Below the pieces are notes generated by a model, which had not been told where the DNA came from, made no database searches, and worked only from the letters and a program-made list of their open reading frames with translations. A stretch of DNA of 64,000 bases from a virus. The position numbers and the translations under genes were made by a program. Positions 1 to 12,000 of this stretch are shown here, in pieces (position 1 is the stretch's first letter; each line of letters starts with the position of its first letter). The stretch lies in IMG/VR virus record IMGVR_UViG_3300037467_001303, positions 1-64,000 of that record, one strand, 5' to 3'.

Positions 1-1
1 C

Positions 2-3000
2 GAAGCGCTGCTCGACGAGCAGGCGCACCACCCGGAGCGCAAGGACAGCAACACCGTAGCCGGCAATCGCATCTTCTCGTTCAAGTTCCACACCTCGATC
101 CCGGTCTCGCAGGAGGCCCTGGACCAGTTCGTCCCGCTCAAGGGTGACGCGCTGAAAGCGCGCACCGCCAAGGTCGAGAAACAGTGGGAAGAGGAGCGTG
201 CCCGCCAGCAGGCCGAGAAGGACAACTTCCCGACCAGGGGTTTTGAACACGTCATCAAGCCGGAATCGTCCGACGTGCAGCTGCAGCTGGCGACCGCCAA
301 GGGCTGGGGCTTTACGGAGAAGACGGTGCCGGTCCGCTATCCGGGCAGCATCGACACCGTGTTCCACGACTACGAGCGCGGTCTGGAATACGACAATGGC
401 AAGCCCAGCAGCACCAAGGATTCGGTGAAATTCGAGGTGCGGGTGGCGCAAGGTCCGAACGGCAACTGGACCTACTCGACCGCGTACAACGTGGGGAACA
501 GTGGCGGCGCGAGCAGCGCACCGAGCATCTGGGACCCGCAGTATGCCACGCGCGAACAGGCCATCACCGCCGGCAAGGACGAGCTGCTCGACCGCATGAA
601 AGACCGCCCGGACGTGGTCAAGAAGATCGAGCGGGAGTACGCCAAGCTGGGCATCAGCGGCGAAGCGAAGGCGATCGCGCCCACCGGCGACTGGCCGTGG
701 AAGGATTCGCCGTTCGCGGCGCGCATCGACGCCGCGCTGGCCAAGCTGGCCGCGCACGCCCCGGACTACCTGCGGGCGTACCGCAGCGGCTTCGTGCAGG
801 ACGCCAACGCCAACCGCCTGACCGAGGAATCGGTGGCGTTCCGCGAGAAGAAGGTCGACCAGATCGTCGGCGAGAAGACCGGCAAGGCAACTGCCGTGCC
901 GTTCACGCCGCTCGACGCGGCCGGCATGCAGAAGGTCAGCGACGTGTCCGACGCCCTGCCCAAGGAAATCGTCGACGCCGCGATCGCCAGGTGGAACCCG
1001 GTCGCCGAGCAGCTGGCGCAACTGGGCTACCAGCACGGCGAGGTGTTTACCAACGCGCCGCAGGCCGCGCAGGCCCTGGAACGCCAGCTGAAGGACATCG
1101 CCAACGCCCTGATGAGCCTGGCGCCGCGCCGCTGGCTGGTCGAGCGCGACAAGAAGCTGGACCCGCCGAAGACGGAAAAGGAAGCCAAGCGCCGCGCCGC
1201 CACCCTGCGCCACCTGGAGCGCGCCGAGGACTACGCGACCGAAGTGCTGGGCATCAAGACCCGCGATTACCCGGCCGTCGACACCGCGAACCGGATCACG
1301 CTGGCGGCCGGTATCCGCAAGAAGGCCGGCGAACTGGAGTCGAGCGACGAGGAGATCGCGGCATCGGCCGCCCCGGCCATGCAGCCGAAGGGCACCTGGC
1401 AGGAATCCGCCTTCGCCAAGCGCATCGAGACCATGATCGGGCAGCTGCGCGGCGTCGGCAACGACGACATGGCGCGCGTGGTCGAGGACGACATGAAGAC
1501 GGCCGCCGGGCGCGGCCTGCTCGACGAGGCCGAGGTCAAGCGCAAGGAAGAACTCACGCGCAACATCCTCGCCAAGGTGGCGCCAAAGCCCGGCCAGTCG
1601 ATGGTCGTGACGAAGGGCAAGGACGGCCACCCGCAGGTGGATTTCTGGCGGATCGAGTTCAAGGGCGTCGTCCACGCCGATGTCGACCTGCCGGCGCCGC
1701 TGGTGGCGCGCGTGCAGAACGTGCTGCGCACCCGCCCGGACGCCTACCACCTGAGCCGCCCTTACCGCCAGAACGATACCCGCATCCACCTCGGCCAGGA
1801 AGACGACCGCAACGCCAACAGCCAGGCCTCGATGCTGCTGCTGGACAACGGCACCGTGGAAATGCTGGGCGACGATTCCCACCACTGGGGTTCGACCATG
1901 ACCCAGGCCAGCGCGGTCAAGGCGCTGAACAACTGGCTGAACAGCCTGCCGGAGCTGGACCACAACCCGAGGAATCTGCCGAACGGCATGTGGGGCACGG
2001 TCGAGAACCCGCTGAAATTCGTCTCCGGCATGAGCCGGCCGGGCGACTACAGCAAGTTGTTCGAAGGCCACCGCAGCGTCGGCGTGATGGTCTCCGAGCT
2101 GTCCAACAGGGATGTCGACAAGGCCCTGGCCGAGCAGATGGCCAAGTCGAACGGCTACCTGTTCGTCGATTCGGGCGCGTTCCCGATCTATAAACTGAAC
2201 GAGCGCGCGTTCGCCAAGGCGCTGGAAAAGGGTTTTGAGGATTTTAAAGGCGAACAGATCCTGACGTTCGACCAGATCCTGGAGCGCTACGAGCGCCTGG
2301 ACCGGGCGATTTCGGAAGCCTCCGATGGCGAAGCCAACGACCGCGCCTTCTTCGTGATGCCCGACATCGTCGGCCGGCAGGAGGAATCGCTGCGCCTGGT
2401 CGGCGAGTATGCCCGCACGATCAAGCAGTACGGCGACCGCGCCATCATCCCGCTGCAGTCGGGCAAGTTGAGCCTGACCCAGGCCTACGAGTCGGCCATG
2501 CTGGAGCTGGCGCGCGACCCGGACCTGGATGACGGCCCGGTCATCGGCATCCCGAGCGCGGCCGAAGCGGTCTCGAACGAGGAACTGACGGCCCTGCTGA
2601 AAAAGCACGGCGACCGCATCGCCGGCGTGCACGTGCTGGGGGCATACTCCGACCTGCGCCTGGCGCCGCGCCTGAAAGCGATCCGTGACGCCGGCTACGA
2701 GGGCAACGTCTCGGCCGACGCCAACCGCCTGCGCGCGCTGATGTATGGCGACCGCACCCGCGGCCAGGCCTGGGAGGAACTGTTCAACCAGTCGCAGCCC
2801 GAGGGCGGGCGCGTCGACACGACCGAGCAGCGCAAGGAAGAGGCCAGCAAGCTGGTGCTCGCCCGCTGGGGTTTTACCCAGGACACCGTCCCGGCCAACG
2901 GCGAGTTCGGCGACTGGGAAGTGGCGGTTCGCAAGGACAACGGCCGCTTCGGCAAGGAGCAGCTCGCATTCGAGATCAACGTCGCACAGGCGCCGAACGG

Positions 3001-6000
3001 CAAGTGGGCGTATTCGGCCAGCTATAGCCAAGGCGGCACGACCGGCAACAAGATCGGCATGGGTACGCCCGGCGCCGCGCCGAAACTGGCCTCGCCGGCC
3101 TACGCCACCCGGATGCAGGCGATCGAGGCGGGTTCCGAGGCGATCCGCACCGACATGCTGAAAACCCACGGCGACATCACCCGCCTGGCCGCGCCGCTGC
3201 ACAACGCCGTCAAGCGACTCAAGGAGGCCGAGCAGGAAGCGGCCAAGCCGGCGAAGGCCGACAGGCGCGTCGTGAAAGGCTTTGCGACCATGGAGCAGGA
3301 GGCCGCGCGCCTCAAGCAGCTGCAGGAGATCGTGCGCTACCAAGCCATGCCGACCGCCGGCCTGACCTCCGAGCAGAGGAAGACCATCACGCGCGGCATC
3401 AGCGGCGCGCAGAAGGCGCTGGGCCAGCTGCCGGCCGGCCGCCTGACGCTGGCTGGCGCACGCGACCTGCGCGGAGTCGCCGATCCCTTGAACAGCAAGC
3501 TGTTCAAGGACTGGGTCGAGAACATCCGCATCCGCATCGAGGAAAAGACCCCGGCCGACCTGCACGCCGTCTATGCCAACTACCGCCACGACCGCAACGG
3601 CGAGCAGCCGCTGACGAAGGAATTTGTCGCGCAGATGCTGGCCGAGCAGGTCGGCAAGACGGAGCGCCCGCTGGCCGAACCGGGCTGGCTCGGCACGCTG
3701 AACGACGACCAGGTCGAGGACGTGCGGGACGCCATGCAGGACCTGCGCGAGCAATCGAACACGTTGCTGCGCGAGTACGAACGGCTGGCGCCGGTGGATG
3801 GCATCGCCCCGCAGGGCGGCGCCTACGTCGACGCGCTGGCGCGCGGGCAGGCCCTGGCCACCCTGCTCCAGCGCGTGGCGCAAGGCGACACCGTGAGCGA
3901 GGCCAAGATCCGCGCCAAGCTGTTCGGCAGCCAGATCCTGGGCAACGCCGCCCACACGGACAACCCGATCCATCGCAGCGCCGAGCCGCTCAACCGCTTC
4001 ATCGACGAGGCCGGCGCGAAGATCATCGAGGCCAGCGAGATCGACGCCCAGATCAAGGCGAGAACGGATGCAGCGAAAACGAAACCCGCGCCGTTCACCG
4101 AAGCGCCGGTCCGCAACTACACGGTGGAGCGCGCCGCAGCCAACAGCGTGAAGCTGCGCCCATTGCCGGGACAGAGTTTCAGCCAGGAGGACATCGCGGC
4201 GCTGCAGTCCTGGTTGAAGGAGAACGGCTGGAGTGCGTTCTCGGAGAAGAACTACGTGCATGGCATCGGACCGACCGGCGCCGCATGGAGCGACGTGCCG
4301 GACGCAGACCGCGTGACCAAAAAGGACGCCGCGGCACAGGCCGCCAGCGACAAACGCGATGCCGAGCGCAAGGCTGCCGAGGAAAGCCGGGCGGCCGATC
4401 TCGCGCGCCTCGGATCGGCCGCTTGGATCGACCAGGTCTTCGGCACCGATAGCATGAACGGCTTCAACAAGGCGGCGTTGGCGCGCTACCTGGATGGTGA
4501 GGCGGCGCAGTTCGCAGGCTTGATGAACCACAAGTGGGAAGCCGGGCTGCGCACGCTCGGCTTGCAGGAAGCCGATCTCGCAAACGGACGGGTCGACGAC
4601 ATCTTGCAGAAGGTGAAGCGTGCTTACGACCAGGCGAAAACCGCCCCGCGACTCAACCCGGAAACCAAGCCCGCACCGCGCCAGATCACCGACGACGAGC
4701 TGTTCGACGCCGATTTCCAGGACGCACTCGGCCACCTGGGCGACGTGCTGGGCGACGTGTTCGGCGGCAAGCTGAACATCACCGGCCAGAAGTACACCGC
4801 AGGTGATTTGCTGCCGGCGCTGTCCAGGGTCATCGAAATGCTGGTGAAGAAGGGCGTGCGCTCGTTCTCGAAGGCCGTCGCCACCGCCGCGCGCGGCATG
4901 CGCGCCAACGACAAGACCGCGCCGTTTGTCGACCAGATCAGCCCGCGCCAGTGGAAGGCCGCCTACAACGCGATCGCCGAAATGCACGAGGGCACCGACA
5001 CCGAGGCGGCCGTCAACGCCGTCTCGAACGACGAGGTGGCGCGCCTGGTGGCGCCGCCGGCGCCGGTGACGGCCGAGGGCATCGACATGCTCGGCAAGCG
5101 GATCGGCGAGATCGAGGCACGCCTGTCGACGCTCAGGACGCTGCGCGAGCGGGCCGAATCGACCGGCAACGCCTGGGTCTACGACGAGAAGATCGCCGAG
5201 CACGAGAAGGAGCTGCAGGAATTCCGTGACGCCCGCGAGCGCGCCATGCTGGCGCAGGGCAAGGCCGAACCGGCCAAGGACGAAGCGCCCGCCGCGCCGG
5301 CCAAGGAAAAGCCGAAGAAACCTGGCAAGGTGTATGGACAGGCCAAGTTGCGCCTGGACTACGGTGTGCCGGCGATCGACGGCTACACGGAAACGAAGGA
5401 ATTCCCGCACGGTCCGCCCGGCGACATCCCGAGCGGCGGCGTCAAGGACGCGTTCCTGAAGGATGCCCAGCGCTACCTGAAGGACGTGACCGGCATGCTG
5501 CTGGACGCCGGTTTTACCAATGCCGAGCACTTTGGCAAGGCGATCAAGCCGGTCAGCGTGAACCGCGCCGGCCCGGCCGCCGGCGGCGACGCCTACCTGA
5601 CGATGTTCCACGAGCAGGCCCAGCGCGGCATCTACATCCACGTCGGCACCGGCGGTTTCGGCGGGGTCAGCGGCTCCAAGTCCGGCATCAGCCTGATGAT
5701 GCGCGTGACCGAGGCGAAAGACCCGTTCGGCGGCGGCGAGAACCTGTGGATGCCGGCCGACCTCACCGCGGCCGCGCTGGCCGAGCGCGCACGCAAAGCC
5801 GTGTTCGCCGCCAGCCCGAACCGCGATACACTCAACGCTACGGACACGCAGGAGAAGGGCCATGGACAGGACGACGCTGGCGATGATGGCACGCAAGCAC
5901 TGGGAGGAGTACCTGCCGGAGAAAACGGCGGAACTGAAAGCGCAGGGGATGCTGGCCTCGGCGATCCAGGTCGCCGCCCGGCAGGCGCAGGACGAGATCC

Positions 6001-9000
6001 AGGCCTTGATGGCGCAGGGGTATCAGGAGCACGAGGCGGCCGAGGTGGTGCTGCCGCAACTGATCCTGCTGCCGCCGGAGCCGGATCTGGACAGCGAGGA
6101 GGCAAGGGACGCGGCCGAAGCGGAAAGGCAGTACCAGGACATGATGCGGGAAGCACCGGAGCGCCCGGACGAGTAAGCCCGGCGCCGGCCAACGTTCCGG
6201 CCGTCAATTTCCGCATCAACCCGGACCTGCGCCTCGGGCAGGGCAGCGAGACCGTCAAGTTCAACGACAACCTCGACGCCATCCGCACGCTGAAACAGGT
6301 CGAGCGTGATAACCGCCGCGCCACGCCGGAAGAACAGGCGATCCTGGCGAGATACGTCGGCTGGGGCGGCCTGAAAAACGCCTTCCCCGACCCGCTGACC
6401 GGCCAGTTCAAGCCGGAGTGGGCTGCGCGCGGCGAGGAGCTGGCCAGCCTGCTGACCGACAAGGAACACGCCGCCGCCAGCCGTTCGACGCTGGACGCGC
6501 ACTACACCTCGGAAAAGGTGGTGCAGGCGATGTGGAAGGCGGCCGAGCACCTGGGCTTCAAGGGTGGCATCACCCTCGAATCGTCGATGGGCGTCGGCAA
6601 CTTCTTCGGCCTGGTGCCGGAACACCTGGCCCCGCAGACCAAGTTCGTCGGCGTCGAATACGATGCCATCACGGCCCGCATCGCGGCCCTGCTGTACCCG
6701 CGCGAGACCGTGCTGCACTCGGGTTTCCAGAAGGTGCCGCTGCCGGACGCCTCGTTTGATCTCGCCATCGGCAACCCGCCGTTCGGCAGCCAGTCGCTGA
6801 CGTTCCAGTTCAAGCCCGAGCTGAACGGCCTGTCGATCCACAACCAGTTCTTCCTCGGCGCGATCGAGGCCGTCAAACCCGGCGGCCTGCAGATCCAGGT
6901 CGTCTCGCGCTACCTGATGGATGCCGTGGACCCGGGCGCGCGCCAGCGCCTGGCCCAGCGCGCGCGCCTGCTGGGCGCAATCCGCCTGCCGGACTCGGCG
7001 TTCCGCGAGAACGCCCGCACCGATGTCGTGACCGACATCGTGTTCCTGCAGCGCCTGACCCCGTCCGAGGAAGTGACGATGACGGCCGCGCTGGAAGCGG
7101 CGCGCTCGAAGCCGGAAAAGAACCACCAGAAGGAAATGGAGCGGCGCGAGCTGGCCGCCATGGTGCCGGAATGGGTCCAGACCGGCAAGGTCAAGGACCC
7201 GGCCGGCGGCGAAGACATGGTCGTGAACCAGTATTACGTCACGCACCCGTCGATGGTGATGGGCGATCTTGGCCGCACCGGCAAGATGCACGGCCGCGAA
7301 GAGGTCAACGTCACGCTGCCCAAGGGCGCCGACCTGGCGGGCATGCTGGACGAGGCGATCGGCCGCCTGCCGAAAGGCGTCATGAGCGCCGAGGTCGACC
7401 CGATCGAGGAAATGCTGGCCGCGCACCAGGCGATGAGCGATTCGCTCAGGATCGCGCTGGCCGGGCACGAGGCCGGTTCGATCACGATCGACCAGGACGG
7501 CAAGCTGCAGCAGATCATCGAGCGCGAGACCGCGCGCGGCGACTACGAGCTGGCCCGGCGCGAGCTGACCCCGCAGGCGCCGTGGTCGCCGTCGCTCCTG
7601 CTGGACAACCGCGGCCGCTGGTACAGGGTCGAGGCGGTCAAGGACGCCAACGGCAAGGCGGTCAAGAAGACCGTCATGTTCGATGGCAAGGAGGTCCCGA
7701 CCAAGCAGAACCTGTACGAGCGCCGCTATTTCAATAGCGAAGCCGAGGTGCCGGCCACCCTGCAGCTGGGGCAGGCCCGCTTCAACCGCCTGACCCAGAT
7801 GGTCAAGCTGCGCGACCTGCTGGTCAAGCAGCTGAACCTGGAAGCGGCCGACGCCGCGCCGAAGGAGATCGAGGCCAACCGCAAGGCGCTGCGCGCCGCC
7901 TACGACGCGTTTGTCGCCGAACACGGTTTCATCAGCGAGCCGAACAACTCGGGCCTGGTCGCCAACATGCCCGACGGCGCGCTGGTGCAGGCGCTCGAAG
8001 TCGGCTACCGCCCGGCACTGTCCAAGGCCAAGGCCGACAAGATCAACGAGCAGCCGCGCCCGGCGAAAGCCAAGCCGGCGCCGATCCTGTCGGCGCGCGT
8101 CATCAACAAGTACATCCCGCCGACCCAGGCCGCCAGCGCCGCCGATGCCCTGGCCATCACGATGGCCGAGCGCGGCCGCGCCGACATGGCGCGCATCGCC
8201 GAGCTGCTGGGCAAGCCGGAAGACGAGGTGCGCACGGAACTGCTGAACGCCGACAAGCCGCTGGTGTTCGAGGACCCGGAAAGCGGCATCGTGGTGCCGG
8301 CCGACGAATACCTGTCGGGCGAGGTGCGCCGCAAGCTGGCCGCCGCCAAGGCCGCCAACATGGACAAGAACGTGGCCGCGCTGGAAGCGGTCCAGCCCGA
8401 GGCCTGGGGCGCCGAGAACGTCACGGTGCTGCTCGGCTCGACCTGGGTGCCGCCGCAGGTGTACGCCGAGTTCGTCAAGCACATCACCGGCGCCGACGCC
8501 CGCGTCTCGTTCTCGAAAGTGACCAATGCCTATTCGGTGTCGACCGGCCAGGCCGTGCGTGCCAACGAGGAACAGTGGGGATCGGACGGCATCACGGCGG
8601 CCGGCATCATCAACGAGCTGCTGAACAGCCGCTCGATCCGCCTGACCTACATGGACTCGAACGGCAACTCGCACTTCGACGAGGAGCGCACCAAGCTGGC
8701 GCTGCTCAAAGCGCGCGCGATCCGAAACGAGTTCAACGACTGGGTGTTCGGCGACGGCGAGCGCCGCCGCCAGCTGGTGGATCTGTTCAACGATAAGTTC
8801 AACGTGCGCGTGAACCGCCAGCACGACGGCTCGCACCTGGTGTTGCCGGGCAAGGTGCCGGATGCCGTCATCAACATGCGGCGCCACCAGAAGAACGCGA
8901 TCTGGCGCGGCATCAGCGAACGCTTCATGCTGCTCGACCACGCGGTCGGCGCCGGCAAGACCTATACCGCGATCGCGCGCGCGATGGAGCGCCGCCGCAT

Positions 9001-12000
9001 GGGCCTGTCCAGGAAGCCCATGATCGTGGTGCCGAACCACATGGTCGAGCAGTTCACGAACGACGCCTATAAACTGTATCCGGGCGCCAAGGTGCTCGCG
9101 GCCGGCAAGAAGGACTTCGAGAAGTCGCGCCGTAGAAAACTGTTCGCCAAGATCGCCACCGGCGACTACGACCTCGTGATCGTGCCGCACTCGTCGTTCT
9201 TCTACATCGGGATTTCCCCGGAGACCGAGGAACGCTACCTGCAGCGCGAGCTGGACGCGGCGCTGGAAGCGGTCGCCGAAGCCGAGGAACAGGCCAAGGA
9301 AGACGGCCTGGACAACGGCCGCAGGAAACCGTTCGGCGTCAAGGAGGCCGAGCGCCTGGTCGACTCGATCACCGCGCGCATGGAGAAGGTGCGCGGCGCC
9401 GCCAGGAAGGACCGCCTGCTGACCTTCGAGCAGATGGGCGTGGACGACATGACCGTGGACGAGGCCCACGAATTCAAGAACCTCTTCTACAGCTCGCGCC
9501 TGACGAACGTCAAGGGCATGGGCAACAAGACGGGTAGCCAGAAGGCGTTCGACCTGTACAACAAGGTGCGCGTGCTGGCCGAGTCGCCCACCGGGACCGT
9601 GACCTTCATGACCGGCACGCCGATCAGCAACTCGGCCGCCGAGATGTACACGATGATGCGCTACCTGGCGGCCGATAAACTGCGCGAGTTCGGGCTGGAG
9701 CACTTCGATGCCTGGCGCGCCCAGTTCGTCTCGACCGACGCCGGCTGGGAGCCGAACGAGACCGGGCGCCTGGTGGAAGTGAACCGCCTGGGCCGCACCT
9801 GGTCGAACATGCGGTCCCTGATGGACCTGTACTACTCGTTCACCGACGCGGTCGACAACGACGACATCAAGCGCGCCTATGCCGAGGACAACCCCGGCAA
9901 GCAGTTCCCTGTGCCGGAAGTGGAAGGGGGCGGGCGCGAGTCCGTGATCGTGCAGCCGACCCCGGCCCAGATCGCGCTGCTGGAACAGACGATCGCCGAC
10001 TTCGACAGCCTGCCGTACATCCAGGACCCGTACGAGCGCAACAAGGCGCGCCTGCGCCTGATGGATCGCGCCCGGAAAGTTTCGCTGGACGTGCGCGCGG
10101 TCGACCCGATGAATACGTCGGACGAGAAAGACGGCAAGCTGGAGGTGCTGTCCGACCGCGTGCTGGAGCATTATAAAAAGTGGGACAAGGAGAAGGGCAC
10201 CCAGCTGATCTTCCTGGACCGCTCGGTGCCGAGGGGCAAGGGCGACGACAAGGTGCTGAAGGCCTACGACGCCCTGCTGAAGGACCAGGCCGAAGCGTTG
10301 CGCGAGGGCGACGAGGCGAAGCTGCGCGCGATCTCGGAGAGCCTGGAAGCGTACGATGCGAACGCGATGGAGGAAATGCGCAATGCGCAGCGCGGCGGCT
10401 GGAACGCCTACCAGCAGATCAAGGACAACCTGATCGCGCGTGGCATCCCGGCCTCCGAGATCCGCTTCGTGCAGGAAGCCGAGACCGACGAGGCCAAGCA
10501 GGCCCTGTTCGACGCCGTCAACGATGGCGAAGTGCGGGTGCTGATCGGCTCGACCCAGCGCATGGGCGCCGGCACGAACGTCCAGCAGCGCCTGGTGGCG
10601 CTGCACCACGCGGATGTGACCTGGAAGCCGTCCGACATCGAGCAGCGAGAGGGCCGCATCATCCGCCAGGGCAACCTGATCGGTTTTGATGAAAACGGCA
10701 ACGTGCGCCGCCCCGGCTTCAAGGTGGCGATCCTGGCGTATGCCACCGAGCGCACGATCGACGCCAAGATGTGGAACCTGAACGCATCGAAGCTGCGCAC
10801 CATCAATGGCATCCGCAAGTACGACGGCGCGTTCTCGATGGACTTCGCCGACGAGGAATCGGTCAGCATGGCCGAACTGGCGGCGCTCGCCTCGGGCGAC
10901 CCGCTGCTCCTGGAGCGGGTCCAGCTGGCGTCCGACATCGACAACCTGGAACTGCTGCAGCGCCAGCACGCGCGCCGCGAGTGGGGCATCATCAGCCAGG
11001 TCGAGGACGCCGAGCGCACGATCGCGCGCCATCCGAAGCGCATCGAGGCCCTGCAGCAGGACGCCCAGCTGATCGACGACGGCCGCGACCAGCTGGCCGA
11101 GCAGGTCGCCAAGCGCAGCGTCGAGATGGAGGGCGCCACCTACACCAGCTACGACGAGGCCACGCGCGCCCTGAAGGAGCTGGTCCTGCAGCAGCAGGCC
11201 GGCGACGAGGACGCGAAGATCTCGGTCAAGATCGGCAGCAAGCGCTACCAGGCCATCAACACGGCGATGGACGCGCTGCACGCCGGCTTCGGCGACCAGC
11301 TGCCGTTCCAGGCCAGGATCGACGGCCAGGACTACATCACCCGCACCGACGCCGCCCGCGAGCTGGCCGAAATGGCCAGCGACATGATGGCCGGCCTGAA
11401 AAAGGGCCAGTCGGATTCGCGCGTGGTCGGCACGATGCTGGGCCTGAAGGTGGAGCTGACGGTCGAGAAGCCGGACGGCTTCAAGAAGGAAACCACGTTC
11501 GCCACCGTGAGCCTGAATCGCCCGGACGGCTCGACCCTGGTGCACGGCTCGACCTCGACGGACGAACTGAAATTCGCCACCAACGGCCTGCGCAATGCGC
11601 TGTCCGACCTGGACAGCAGGGCCGACGCCCCCGCCCTGCGCGGCAGCGCCCGCTATTACCAGGAGCAGCTGAACCAGGCCAGGGAAAACCTGCCGGGGCT
11701 GCAGGCCAAGCGCGGCCAGCCGTTCCCGCAGCAGGAAGAACTCGACACCAAGATGGCGCGGCTGGAAGAAGTGATCCGCGAGCTGGCCAACGGCACCAGC
11801 GACACGCGCCGGGCCGCGGCGATGCAGTTCAACCTGGTGCCGTCGCCGGCGGAAATCGCCGTGCGCCAGCAGCGCCGCGAGGACGACCGCCATCGCCGGC
11901 GCGACGACAAGCTGCCGGACGACGAGGATGGACAGGCCCGGTTCTCGCGCGGCGGGCGTGGCGCCGGCATGGCGCGCGACAAGGCCGAGCAGGCCGCGCG

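Noticed and set aside
275-277. GTG 275 as the start of the giant protein
   Set aside because: The frame is open to the window edge and there is no SD; the gene is 5'-truncated.
697-2193. 498-aa alternative-frame ORF, and similar R/G/P-rich ORFs such as 10771-12300 and 49850-51535
   Set aside because: Typical GC-rich frame shadows with no SD; codon bias stays in the main frame, unlike 5862-6176.
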